This document shows, piece by piece, positions 26,101 to 38,887 of a stretch of 64,000 nucleotides of DNA (the stretch's first letter is position 1; every line of letters starts with the position of its first letter). Location: contig NC_089429.1 of NCBI RefSeq assembly GCF_026210795.1, positions 5,394,001 through 5,458,000 of the forward strand, given 5' to 3'. The notes below the pieces were generated by a model, which searched no databases, was not told the DNA's origin, and saw only the letters and a program-made list of their open reading frames with translations. Made by a program: the position numbers and the translations under genes. Origin of the DNA: Rhizophagus irregularis. Its lineage: Eukaryota.

Positions 26101-26860
26101 AAAAAAAATTCAAAAATTCTTACCACCTATTAAAAAGAATTCTCAAAAGAATTTCTATATCAAAAAAAAAACTCCTCTTCTATTAAAAAAAAAAATCTTT
26201 ACCGAAATTCTCTATCAAAAAAAAAAATCTCCTCTGTTAAAAAAATTTACACTAACGAAATGAACTATCAAAAAAAAAAAAATCTTAAAATCTTACCTAT
26301 TAAATAAAAATTCTTTAATGAAATTCTCTATCAAAAACAATCTCCCTATTAAAAAAAAATTCTCTAATAAAATTCTCCGTCAAAAAATACTTTCATCTAT
26401 TAAAAAATTCTTAACGAAATTCTCTATCAAAAAAAAATCTCACTTGTTAAAAAAATTTTCTAACGAGATTATCTATCAAAAAAAAATCTTCCCTATTAAA
26501 AAAATTCTTCAAATAATTTTCTACAAAAAAAAAATTCTCAATGAATTCTCTATCAAAAAAAAAAGTCTCTCCTATTAAAAAAAAAATTGTTCCAACAAAT
26601 TAAGTATATGTCAAAAAAAAAAAATCTTATTAAAAAAAATTCTCCAATGAAATTTCTATCAAATAAAAGTTTTTGACGAAATTATCCATCAAAAAAAAAA
26701 CTTTGTAAAATTTAAAAAAAAAAATTTTTTTTTAAAACTACGCTAAAAAATGTGATCGACAAAATATCAACCCTGTGCTGACAAAGAAACTAATTCAAGC
26801 ACGTACAGAAATATCAAGCACAGACAGTCAGGCACGGTGTAACATTTTGTCAACCAACTC
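23117..26860. mobile_element. Second foldback element with ~1.0-1.4 kb degenerate inverted arms
   Basis: ~23117-24490 is the reverse complement of ~25812-26860. The arms are built of ~35-40 bp TTTTTGATAGAGAATTT/TTTTAATAGG repeats. Termini GAGTTGG/CCAACTC; no TSD found. Confidence 0.8.
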
Positions 26861-26946
26861 GGCTTGCCAACCCATCATAGGGTACACCACAATTTCCCGA
26901 CAGACGATTTCCCGACAGGACATTTTCCCGACAACTTTGACCAGCA

Positions 26947-27203
26947 TTACAGCAAAATTCAAAATATACGGGACACTTGAGAAATTTGATTGTCGGGTTG
27001 TCGGGTAGCCGGGTTACTCGGCAGTAGGTTATTTAATAATAATAGTATATCAGATTATATAATCGTATTATATAAATAAATATAGTATAATAGTATATAA
27101 CATGTAACAATTAATTACTTTACCTACTGCTGAGTAACCCGGCTACCCGACAACCCGACAATCAAATTCTCAAGTGTCCCGTATATTTTGAATTTTGCTG
27201 TAA
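26947..27203. repeat. Inverted repeat, ~83-bp arms with ~90-bp AT spacer
   Basis: TTACAGCAAAATTCAAAATATACGGGACAC..GGCAGTAGGT pairs with ACCTACTGC..GTGTCCCGTATATTTTGAATTTTGCTGTAA. Confidence 0.9.
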
Positions 27204-28476
27204 ATTAAACGTATTCAATAATTACTTACCCGGTAACTGTTGTATATGGGGTATATGGGCTTATCTATATTAAGTGTCTTAGGAATATCAATGTACCTTT
27301 ACATTACTTGGCTTTTCAATTGGAACTGACTTTTTATTTTTGAATTATAAATTGAATATTCACAAACATATAATAAATTTTACTCAAGAATTGATAAATA
27401 CGTTTCTTAGATGAATTATCACTGGTATCATCTGAGTCTACATCAAATCCATGGCTATTGGTGGCCTTGTTATGATTAGCAGTTTGAAGTCTTTCTAAAG
27501 TTTCTAATCTTTTGAGGATAGCAGGCATTACATTATTTGCTACTGAAGATGTATCGTCTTCATTATCTGAAGATTTGTTTACTACTTTCTGTTTCAATAT
27601 CTACAACGGACTGGTTTGCATCCTCTTCATTTATATTTGTTTTTTGTTTATTTTTATTAATTTTTTTTTATTTTTATTATAAGCCATCTTGTTTTAAATA
27701 TAAACTTGAGATTCAAATTTTACAATATTAGATAAAGATAAATATACTTTGTCAATTGCTGTGCTTCAAAATCAGTTAGTCAATAATCAATCATTTAATA
27801 ATATATTTATAATATCTAATTGTTATATTGGTCAGTGAGATTATTATTGTTTGACAAATTTGGTTATAAGATTTTACACAAACAATATCCAATTTTCACT
27901 TTATTGAAATTGATAAATTATTTTATATCATAGACAAAGAGGTTGATAGTGATGAATAACAATTTACAACAACAAAAATATCAAATACTGCGTAATTATT
28001 GGATAAAATACATAATAATAATGTACATTTTTATACGACTTAATATTACAAATATTGTGCAATTATTGGATAAAATACACAATAATAACGTGCATTTTTA
28101 TACAATTATTATACACACAATAATTCCTAGCTATTTATTATACAATATTGAGCTCACTTTGGACATAACCCGTACAAGGCCTTACAAAAACATGATATAA
28201 TCCGAATGATTTTTTTTTATAGGGCTATGATTTATTATTGTGATGGTTTTATTAAAGGCGAAACGCAGGATTAAGTTTTTTTCTTAAAAAAAAAAAGAGT
28301 CTTATCAATTTACGGTAAGTAAATTACGGCATCATGGCATTACTGTATTTACGACTTACAACACTTTACTACGGTAAACGGAATTAAATTATTTACGACA
28401 TACTGTATTAATGTATGTACTCATTATACTGTAAATGATATAATTAGGGAATTTCGGGTGCACCTATACCGAGATG

Positions 28477-28860
28477 TATAGGTGTCGTCGAAATTAATTA
28501 CGGATTTTACCACGGTTACGGCACGTGCCGCATTGCCGACCGTAAAAACCGTAAAATTTTATTAAGGCATTAAGTTCGGCCAGAGTTAAATGATCTTCGC
28601 GATAATTTCCTTTTTGGAATATGGTGTAACCGTTGTGTAACTCGATTCTCCATTTTTGATGGGAAGCAAAATTTCCTTTTTTGGAAATTTGTGTAACGTC
28701 ACGTGATATAACAACAAAAATTCGGCCGGCATTACCGGAATTACCGGCATTATAAACCTATTTACGGCATTACGGATAATTTACGGATTTCGCCGAATTA
28801 ATTACGGTATAGCCGAAATGCCAAAATTGCCGTAATTCATGAATTTCGACGACAAGTATA
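28477..28860. mobile_element. hAT-like MITE
   Basis: TIRs TATA(GG/CT)TGTCGTCGAAATT and perfect 8-bp TSD CCGAGATG. Empty sites at ~8678 and ~18508. Confidence 0.88.
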
Positions 28861-28909
28861 CCGAGATGAGAGCTCTGAAAAATAAAGAAACACGAAAATA
28901 GCGTAAATT

Positions 28910-29160
28910 CATACTTGCCGTCGGAATTAATTACGGCATATGAAGCTTATTACCGTAATATATTAAATCGCCGTAATGCCGTAATTATTTAATGCCAAAT
29001 ATACAAAAATTACGCAAAGAAAGTAAATATTTTTTTTTGGTTATGCCGTAGATAATTTGTAATCCGTAAATCTATAATGCATGATTTGTTAGATATTTAA
29101 ATGATAAATCCATATTTCGTAATGCCGTAATTTCAATCGGCAATTCCGACGGCACCTATA
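28910..29160. mobile_element. hAT-like MITE, same family
   Basis: CATACTTGCCGTCGGAATT ... AATTCCGACGGCACCTATA. Absent from the sister copies; TSD degenerate (AGCGTAA on both sides). Confidence 0.75.
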
Positions 29161-29171
29161 CAGCGTAATGC

Positions 29172-29338
29172 AAATAAAGTTAGTTGTATTTGAATCTGAC
29201 AAATATTAAATTATTATTGCGTATTGAGATAAAGTTAGTTGCATTTGAATCTGACAAATATTAAATTATTGCGTATTGTAGATAAAGTTAGTTGCATTTG
29301 AATCTTACAAATATTAAATTATTGCGTATTGTAGATAA
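29172..29338. repeat. Three tandem copies of a ~55-bp unit
   Basis: ATAAAGTTAGTTG(T/C)ATTTGAATCTGACAAATATTAAATTATTGCGTATTG.. occurs three times; the sister duplicate has a single copy at ~18570-18620. Confidence 0.85.
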
Positions 29339-29752
29339 TAGTTTCACAAGTAAGATTATGACAATCTTGACAACCATTTACAGGACACAAAATCACATGC
29401 CAAGAGACACTCGGCAATACCCGATAAATTCAGAGTCTGAGAGACTAAGGTAAAAATTATATCGTTAAATTCGGAGCACTGATCCGAGTATCTGGTTTTT
29501 ATTTCATTCTAACCTCTGCCGAGTTTTACCGAGTTACTTTCGGCAAGTGATAAAAGTGTCTCCCGTAACTTATAAAAACAGCAGTAATGTGAAAATGATG
29601 TACAACCGAGTTTCTTTTATTATCCTAATTTATCCTTATTACGCGGTATGATATACATTCTGCGGATCAGCGAATATGAACAGACAATTTATCTATATAA
29701 AGCTCAAAATTCTTCACTTGAAATTCAAAACTGTCGACTCCAAAAAAAAAAA

Positions 29753-31045
29753 ATGCCACTTAAATTAGAAATTCAAGATTTATCGAAATATGTTATAATC
29801 CTTACTGGTGCAACTGATGGTAAAATATTTTTTTTCAAAATTAAAATTTTGCTTAGTATGATAATAAATTCCTTTTATTTAATTTTAAGGCATCGGTAAA
29901 GAAATGGCGAGGATTTTAGCCAAATCTAATCCCAAGCGATTGATTTTACCAGCTCGTAATATAGAAAAAGGAAATAAATTATTAGAATATATTAAATCTT
30001 CTAATGGGAATGCAAACAATGTTGAAATTTGGGAAATGGATCTAGCAGATTTACAAAGTGTAAAAAACTTTGCTAATAAATTCATTAAAGAAGTTGGAGA
30101 ATTACATATTTTAATTAATAATGCAGGTAAAAAAAGAAAATAAAATAAAAATAGCGACTTATTAATCACGTTTATATATTTACTTATTTGAAATATTTTG
30201 TAGGATTAGTCGTTCAGAATCAAATAGTTAAAACGAAGGATAACTTGGAAATACAATTTCAGGTAATTTACTACCTTTTTTTTTCAAGTCGTTTATTTTT
30301 ATTCGTTTATTAACTTTTTATACATTATTCAGGTCAATCATTTAGCACAATTTTTACTTATTTTATTGTTATTAGATACAATAAAAAAATCAGTTTCTGC
30401 TGAATTACCTGGAAAAATTGCATTAACTAGTTCAGGAGCCAATTATTTTGGTGAAATTGATTTTGACAATTTAAACCTTGAAAAGGGTAATTATTGGAAT
30501 TTTCTTAAATCCTATGGAAATACGAAATTGATGGTAAATATTTAAATCAAATTTCATTTTTAATAGTAAAATCTTATTAAAAAAATTTCTTTTTACTTAT
30601 TTTTTGATTTTTTTTTAAAAAAAAGAATGTTATCGTTGCCAAGGAATTAGGCCGTTTAGTTCAAAACGATAGTAAGTATCATAAAAAAAAATTCATTTTT
30701 TTACAATATGAAAGAAAAATGTTTTAACTCTTTTCTTTTAAATATGTAGATATTACAACATATTCGCTTCACCCTGGTGTAATTCAAACGAATATAAGTC
30801 ATTTAAATAGCTCCTTCTCGAATATTATATTTAGATTTCTTATAAGAATAAGCGGAGAAATAACAGCTGAACAAGGTGCCATCAATACTCTCTATCCCGT
30901 ATTTTCTCTCGAAAATAAAGAAACGGGAAAATATTATGATGAAGGTATTGAAAAGGAACCAAATAAAGTTGCTAATGATCAAGAAGTTGCAAAGAAACTA
31001 TGGGATGTTTCTGAAAAAATATTAAAAGATCATGGAATGATTTAA
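29753..31045 (+). CDS. SDR, RDH12/WWOX-like (copy D), 6 exons
   Basis: Same motifs and intron positions as the other copies. Confidence 0.9.
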
Positions 31046-31323
31046 AAGTTCGATTTTTTTTTTAAAGATAAAAATAATTTTTTTATTTCTATATTTTTAT
31101 TTATTTTTTCTGTCACTTAGTCAAATTGTCAATAAAATAACTTTATTATACAAAAAGAAATAAATCCCAATTTACTATCAATTAATCCACAATATTAAGT
31201 TGTAACAAAATTAGTAATTTATGAATAATTGTATGAGAAACCCGATTTTCAACCGTCACGCTTATCATCCTCGTTATCGTTAATGACATTTAGTTTTTTA
31301 ATTAAGATTAAAATAACTGTATA

Positions 31324-31816
31324 CAGTCAAACTTCGATATACCGATGCTTCCGGTATTGGTAAAAAGTATCGGTACATTGAAATATCGGTACATATATGT
31401 AATTAGTAGATTATAATGCAGGCCAAAATCTAACTCTGGCTCGCACTATACTTAATTCCAAGTTCAAAATTTCCAAAATTTCTTTAATATATTATGTATA
31501 ATGTGAATAGAAAAAAATCCAATTCCGGACATAATTAAGAAGGATGCTCAAATTTTAAAGTTACAATTTTTTAACTCAGGCCAAACTTATAGTGCCGGCC
31601 GGAATTAACACTAGTGTAACCAAAATTATTGGTACATCTTAATATACATTACTATAAAGGGACCAGGAGGTTGTATCGGTATACATTACATCGCGAAATT
31701 ATATTTAATATCGGTATAATGAGGTTTTTTTTATTAGTGATGAAACGGGACAACAAAAATTTATCGGTAAAAGCAATTATCGGTATATAGAGTATCGGTA
31801 CATCGAAGTTTGACTG
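31324..31816. mobile_element. Tc1/mariner (pogo/Tigger-like) MITE
   Basis: TA|CAGTCAAACTTCGATATACCGAT ... ATCGGTACATCGAAGTTTGACTG|TA. Confidence 0.9.
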
Positions 31817-32234
31817 TATAAAGTTCAAATTTTTGAAAAATTAATTCTGCCGGATTCAAAATCTGTCTTAAGACCGGGCCGTTAACATCCCAAGGTAAAA
31901 AATAAATCGAAATTTGTTTAAAATTTCTGATGTTCAAATTATTATACGAATAATATTAACTCCCAATATTGCATATCATATATATACTTTAAATCTTATA
32001 CTCCTATTTATGCATGAGGATCAAAAGATCAGACCATTAAGGAATATTTCATTTACTAAGCATATCTCAATATTGACAAAATGGAAAAGAACTATCGTTA
32101 AGGATATATTAATAATTTCAATGAGAAGTCGTACAATCGAATTCCTATATGAAATCGGCTGAATTTTCATTTAATTTAATAGTAAAAATTAGTAAAAATT
32201 TTATTTAAATTTTTTTACGAATTATATAATATCA

Positions 32235-32390
32235 ACTTTTTTACGTTTAAATATGCAGATATTGCAATATATTCGCTTCGCTTCAACCTGACGTCACTTG
32301 AACTATGCCATCTCAAATTTTTTACACAAAATTCTTACAATAATAATTAGGTTAGGAATTGAAGATGAGCCAAATAAAGTTGCATAGACT
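32235..32390 (+). pseudogene. Degenerate SDR exon-6 remnant
   Basis: AATATGCAG|ATATTGCAATATATTCGCTTC..CACTTGAACTATGCCATCTC..GGAATTGAAGATGAGCCAAATAAAGTTGCA resembles exon 6 of copy E. Upstream ~31820-31945 resembles ~33010-33140. Confidence 0.7.
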
Positions 32391-32438
32391 TATCGTACAA
32401 AAAAAAAATTTCATCAATTATACAAAATTAGTAATTTA

Positions 32439-33012
32439 CTGGCTGTAACCTGTTGCGTTGCAACAGGATTAATGAGTTTAAATCTTGAACAATACTTAGG
32501 TAAATTAATTATAAATAAATATAGTGAAAAATGAATAATAAAAAAATTGATAAGTAAATAAAATAAAATTAATAATAAAAAAATTCAACTTTTGACCAAT
32601 TAAAGAAATTATTTTCGGTTTGAATAAAAAAAAAAAGAAATTTAAAATTTCAGGAAAAATTTCGGCCCACAAGAACCGGAAAAAGTATTTTAAAAAAATA
32701 AATAAATTTCCCGGTTATAAGAACCGAAATATATATATATATATAAAATAATAAAGAAAAAAAAGCCCATTATATGATGGTCAATTGCAAGGACAAATTG
32801 AACAAATTACAAATACATACGCTCAATGGGTCAATGAGACAATGATTATCATTAGCAAAATAAATATCCGATTAACCGGACGCATGACCATGATTATAAC
32901 TATTGGGCGCAGATACATCACGCAATTTGATCGTATGAGAAGAACGATTTTCATATACTTGTTATCGTTGATGACACAGCTTAATTAAAAACTTAAAATA
33001 AACTATATATAA
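32439..33012 (-). mobile_element. Non-autonomous Helitron-like element
   Basis: Minus strand ends CCTGTTGC-AAC-GCAACAGG-TTACAG-CCAG|T (perfect hairpin plus CTAG variant). The 5' end is approximate. Confidence 0.6.
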
Positions 33013-33578
33013 AGTTCGGACTTTCACCATTAATAGTCCGATATCCGTTGGATCCAAAATCTGCCTGAAGACCGGGCCGCTAACACCCCTAGATAAAAAT
33101 ATACTCTTGAAATTTAAAATTCTGATGTTCAAATTATTAAATTTTTTTCGCTATCGGTATCGGTAATAATTCATTCCCGAATATGTGTAGATTGATCTCT
33201 TTGAATTTACCGCATCCTAATAAAGCATAGTTAATTTCTTCAACTTGTGTTTAATACGTACCGTAAGTCTTATGCTCTTATTTAGTTACACTTTAATTTA
33301 TTGTGCATGCAGATCAAACCATTAGACTTCGTCAGCATAATTACGTTTATTCCATCATTTTCTATCAATATTATGACAGTCGGTATTTCGTCGATCTTAT
33401 CCATTAAGAATATTCATTCAATTAATTAATATATTGTACAATAATATATATGGCGCTTCTTAAATCATATAAAGCTCAAATACAAATAACTCGGCTTCTT
33501 AAATTATTTAAAGCTCAAATACAAATAATTCGACTCAAATAACTTACTTGAAAAAAGTTCTAAGCCGTCAACTTCAAA

Positions 33579-34875
33579 ATGTCAGTTAGATTAGATAGGC
33601 TCGATTTATCAAAACACGTTATAATTCTTACTGGAGCTACTGATGGTAAAATAAATTCAACTTATGCACTTCAAATAATTCAATCACTTACATTTTATAT
33701 TATTTAAGGTATCGGTAAAGATATGGCAAGGATTTTAGCTGGATTTAATCCAAAACGATTGGTTTTACCAGCTCGTAATAAAGAAAAAGGAAATAATTTA
33801 TTAGAATATATTAAATCTTCTAACGGACATGCAAATAATGTCGAAATTTGGGAAATGGATTTAGCAGATTTACAAAGTGTAAAAAATTTTGCTAATAAAT
33901 TCATCAATGAAGTCGGGGAATTACATGTTCTAATTCATAATGCGGGTAATAATAATAAATGAATATGAAAATAATAACAGTAACTTTTTTAATCGAGCTT
34001 ATTTATTTATTTATTTGATATATTTTGTAGGTATAGGCGTTCAAAATCAAATCATTAAAACGAAGGATAACTTGGAAATACAATTTCAAGTGATTAATTT
34101 TCTTTTTGTTTTCTCGTTTGCTTGAAATCTCTTTTTAATATTTATATACATTATTTTAGGTCAACCATCTAGCACCATTTTTACTTACTTCATTGTTATT
34201 GGATACAATAAAAAAATCAGTTTCTACCGAATTACCCGGAAAAATTGCATTAACTAGTTCAGAAGCAAATCAGTTTGGAGAAATTGATTTTGATAATTTA
34301 AACCTTGAAAAAGGTAATTACTGGAATCCTATTAAAGCCTATGGAAATACGAAATTGATGGTAATTATTTAAATTAAATTTCATTTTTAATAGTAAAATC
34401 TTATTAAAAATTTTTATTTTATTTATATTATTATTTTTTAAAAAAAGAATGTTATCGTTGCCAAGGAATTAGGCCGTTTAGTTCAAGACGATAGTAAGTA
34501 ATATAAAAAAAAAAAAATCATTTTTTTTACAGCATGAAAGAAAAATATTTTTAACTCTTTTCTTTTAAATATGTAGATATTACAACATATTCGCTTCACC
34601 CTGGTGTAATTCAAACGAATATTGGTCACTTGAATTATACCATCTCAAACGTTTTATTCAATATTTTTGTATCAATACTTAGGCTTAAGATATCATCCGA
34701 ACAAGGTGCCATGAATACTCTTTATCCTATATTTCCTCTCGAAATTAAAGAAACAGGAAAATACTATAATTTAGGAATTGAGCATGAGCCAAATAAAATT
34801 GCATATGACCAAGAAATTGCAAAAAAACTCTGGGATGTTTCTGAACAAATATTAAAAGATCACAATATGATTTAA
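33579..34875 (+). CDS. SDR, RDH12/WWOX-like (copy E), 6 exons
   Basis: TGATDGIG, HNAG, YGNTK and HPG motifs; introns conserved. Confidence 0.88.
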
Positions 34876-35139
34876 AGTTCAATTTTTTTTTTAAGAAAAA
34901 AATTTTAATATTATAAAACTTCTCTACTATGTTACGTAGTAACATTTTATCTTATCAAATAAATTAATTCTATCGTACAAAAGAAATAAATTCCAATTTA
35001 TGAATATTAAAAGATCATGAATTTTCTGTTTTCATGTTTTCATAGTAATCACTTGCTTAAATAATGCTACCATAATTATGTATAACAATTACACTACAAT
35101 TCGGTTTTAATAATTTATACTCGTACAACTCGTTATCGC

Positions 35140-36422
35140 TAAGGAGATTCGGTCGCTCAAATCCCGAAACTCAAAATTTCGACAGTACATTATACAGTAT
35201 TATCCTGACATCTAAATGCCCAAATCCCGAATTTTCAAGCCATAATTCCATAGTATATATGATCTCGAAAGATAATCGACCCAAATTTCATAATCCTGAG
35301 AAAGTCACAATACCTAAATTTTATAATGCCGATACTTTATAAGCCCGAAAGACAAAATACTGCAATTAAAATTCTATCGTTATCGCTTAGCATTTATTGT
35401 GAAATTTATTTTTATTTTATTTATAGGAAAAAAAAAACTTTATTGAAACCCTAAATTTCAAACAATATCGTTAAGATCATCTTAACGACCCCATTTTGAT
35501 ATTGTAACAATAACAATATCAAAACAATTTCATTACAATATCATCACAATATCACTTACCGTTACGATATAAATATAATATTATAATGACATTGTGTTGA
35601 TATCTTATAATAAATATCAAAACAAAGTCGTTAAGATAATCTTAACGATATCGCTAACAATATCACTACGATATTATTCAATATCATTTTGATATTGTAT
35701 AATAGCTATATTGTGACGATATCATAATGATATCAAATAATCAAAACGATATTATTTTGATAATCGTTTAAAATAATAATGAGATTTCTGTAAGGAAGAG
35801 GTATTGCTAAATATCACCGTTGGTGATTGGCACCTTACCTGAATTAGGATAAATTTTGGGCAGAATTAAAAATGTCACGAAACTCTGCCCGTTAATATTT
35901 GCTAATGCTGGTACGGTGAGAATCACCTGAGATTTAGTAATGTCTAAAAAGACATTGTTTTGATTTTTGAAATCGTCATTTTAAAAATTAAATTAATAAT
36001 AAATTTAATGAAAATTTTCAAGTCCTCAGATTAATTAACAAAAATGAAGTCAACGGAGTGTGATACGTTGTGATAAATAAACCTAACCTCCCTAACCTAA
36101 CCTAACTCTAATCCTAACCCCTAACACTAATAGGGTGAGAATTTCCCTCCAGTTAAACGTAGTTATTTCAAAATTAATAAACTATATGAATAATTTCATA
36201 ATTAGTAAAATATAGAAAGAGAAAATTTACGTGTTGTATTTCGGTATATAAAGTGTCGGGTTTTTTTGTATCGGGATTAAAAATTTCTAGAAGACATTTT
36301 GGGATTATGATTTTGTTGGGAATTATGGGATTCGGAATTTGGGATTATAAAATTTCAGGATTTGGGATGTTAAGATAGTGTACTTGTAGGTATCTTGAGT
36401 TTCAGGGATTTCGTACCAACCC
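35140..36422. mobile_element. Cluster of nested degenerate MITEs
   Basis: ATCCCGA/TCGGGAT-type inverted subterminal repeats at both ends, an internal AATATC/GATATT-rich block at ~35450-35795, and a short TIR element at ~35798-35945 related to 48397-50286. Confidence 0.5.
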
Positions 36423-36890
36423 TCTTAGTTTTTTTCATTTTTTATTACTAATACATATGTCATTGCGTACATAATAATTACTTTTTTAAGAAATAAACTT
36501 TTAGTAAATATCAACACAACAGCGCCAACCATACTATTTTTTGCCAAGACTACGGTTAATTAATTTTCCATTTTATTATTGTACCAACTAGCTGAAACCA
36601 CACCTTAAGTCCTTAATCCTAATTCTGTAATTGTGGTCACATGTTCCCAAACTTAAAGTTTCAATACCGAAATAACAATATTAATTGAATATGTTTAACA
36701 ATTAATTAATCAAAAATAGGTTCACTTTGTCGAAAATTTAACTGGTTAAGTCCATTATTCAATGTTACACTTATCCGAATTTTTCCTCAATGACACTGTA
36801 TTAGACTTAATTAAAAACTCTACTTAAAATAAGCTCGAAATTCTCGAGGAGAAAAAAAAAAAAAATTTCTTTAATTTGTAAATTTCAAAA

Positions 36891-38180
36891 ATGCCAGTTA
36901 AATTGGATAAACTCGATTTATCAAAATACGTTATAATCCTTACCGGCTCAACCGATGGTAAATATTTTTTCTCAAAATTAATTATACTTAATAAAATATT
37001 AATTCTTTTATTCTTCTTATTATAAGGCATTGGTAAGGAAATGGCAAGAATTTTAGCCGGATTTAATCCCAAGCGATTGGTTTTACCAGCTCGTAACAAA
37101 GAAAAAGCAAACAATTTATTAGAATATATTAAATCTTCTAATGAACATGTAAATAATGTTGAAATTTGGGAAATGGATTTGGCCGATTTACAAAGTGTAA
37201 AAGATTTTGCTAATAAATTCATCAAGGAAGTTGGAGAATTACATATTTTAATTAATAATGCAGGTAAATAAAAAAGAAAAATAAAATTGAAAAATAAAAA
37301 AAAAGAAGAGCTTTTTTTAACCACGTTTTTTGAACATCTTTTAGGTGTAGGCTTACAAGGTCAAGTCATTAAAACGAAGGATAACTTGGAAATACAATTT
37401 CAGGTAATTAATTTTTTTTTTTTCAATTTTGTTTGTATATTATTCACTTTTTTTAACATTTGCACATTATTTAGGTCAATCATTTGGCACAATTTTTACT
37501 CGCTTTATTGTTATTGGATACGATGAAAAAATCAGTTTCTGCCGAATTACCTGGAAAAATTGCATTACTTAGTTCAAATGTTCATAAAGTTGGCGAAATT
37601 GATTTCGATAATTTAAATCTTGAAAAAGGCGCCTACTGGAATCCTCTTAAATCTTATGGGAATACTAAATTGATGGTATGTATATTAAAGTATATTAAAG
37701 TCTGTTTTTTTTATTAAAGAATCTTTGGTTATTTATATACTTTTATTTCTATTAATAAAACAAGAATGTTATTATTGCCAAAGAATTAAGTCGTTTGGTT
37801 CAAAACGAAAGTAAGTATTAAACTTATTTTTGTCGGCATGTAAGAAAATCATTTTTAATTCTTTTTCTTTTAAATATATAGATATTACAACATATTCGAT
37901 TCACCCTGGGATAATTCAAACAAATATTGGTCACTTGAATGGCGCCTTCGCGAACTTTCTAGCTAAAATTTTTATAAAATTATCTGGATCTGAAATATCA
38001 GCCGAACAAGGTGCCACCAACGTTCTTTATCCTATATTTTCTCTCGAAAATAAAGGAACAGGAAAATATTACAATGAAGGAATAGAAGAGGAGCCAAATA
38101 CAATTGCAAATGATCAAGAAATTGCAAAGAAACTATGGGATGTTTCTAAACAAATATTGAAGGATCATGAAATGATTTAA
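36891..38180 (+). CDS. SDR, RDH12/WWOX-like (copy F), 6 exons
   Basis: TGSTDGIG, NNAG, YGNTK and HPG motifs; introns conserved. Confidence 0.9.
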
Positions 38181-38456
38181 AAGTTGATTTTTATTATTTT
38201 TTTTTAAAAAAAAAAAAATTGTTTGTTTATTATAACAACTTCTCTATGTTACGTAGTATTATCAAATAAATTAATTTTATCGTATAATTAATTTTATCGT
38301 ATAAAAAGAAATAAATTCCAATTTATGAATATTAAAAATTCATGGATATTCTGTTTTTATAGTAAACGGCCCACATATGACCAAAGAACAATAATCACTT
38401 ACTTAAATAATGCTGTCATTAAATTTAACAATTATGTACAGTATAACAATTCAATT

Positions 38457-38887
38457 GGTATCCGGACTTTTCGCTGAAGTCCATTTTACCAAAACCCATT
38501 TCGCCGAAGTCATTTCACTGAAATAAATTTTCGCCAAAGTGTCATCTCATCCAATAGCCATTTCGCTGAATGGATTTTTTTTTTTATAATAAACGTACAT
38601 ATATCTCCGCTGAATGGACATTTTGAAACCATTTCGCCGAATGGACAATTTCACCGAAACAACTTTATTTTTCTATTTTTTTTTTTAAAACTCGAATAAA
38701 TCTTCAATTAAGCAATCATGATAAATAAATGCATATAAAAAAGAAAATTAAACATTAAAATGGAATTCGGCAAAATATCCATTCGGCAAAACTTCTATTT
38801 AATGAAATTCCCTTTCGGAGAAACCTCATTTCGGCAAGATGGCTTCAGCGAAATTGGTTTCGATTTCGGTGAAACGTACCATAACGG
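38457..38887. mobile_element. MITE with TTCGCCGAA/TTCGGCGAA inverted subterminal repeats
   Basis: GGTATCCGGAC.. ..GAAACGTACCATAAC. A short relative lies at ~51755-51882. No TSD found. Confidence 0.6.

Larger units (their letters stand above)
22300..27660 (-). pseudogene. Interrupted intron-containing ORF relic inside the CMC-like element (pieces ~27230-27660 and ~22300-23110)
   Basis: Minus-strand exon-like blocks (ILKRLETLERLQ.., ACDWAIRQMMRRIMNNKR) bounded by GT/AG signals and separated by a nested foldback. Confidence 0.45.
21887..28224. mobile_element. CMC/CACTA-like element (6.3 kb including nested inserts)
   Basis: CCA|CTCTATGAAAAAAAA ... TTTTTTTTATAGGG|CTA. The empty site TAAATCTATGATTT is at ~18270-18283 in the sister copy. 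The 3-bp TSD has one mismatch. Confidence 0.75.

Noticed and set aside
36078..36128. CCTAA/CCCTAA repeats as a telomere
   Set aside because: Short, degenerate and internal to a MITE cluster.
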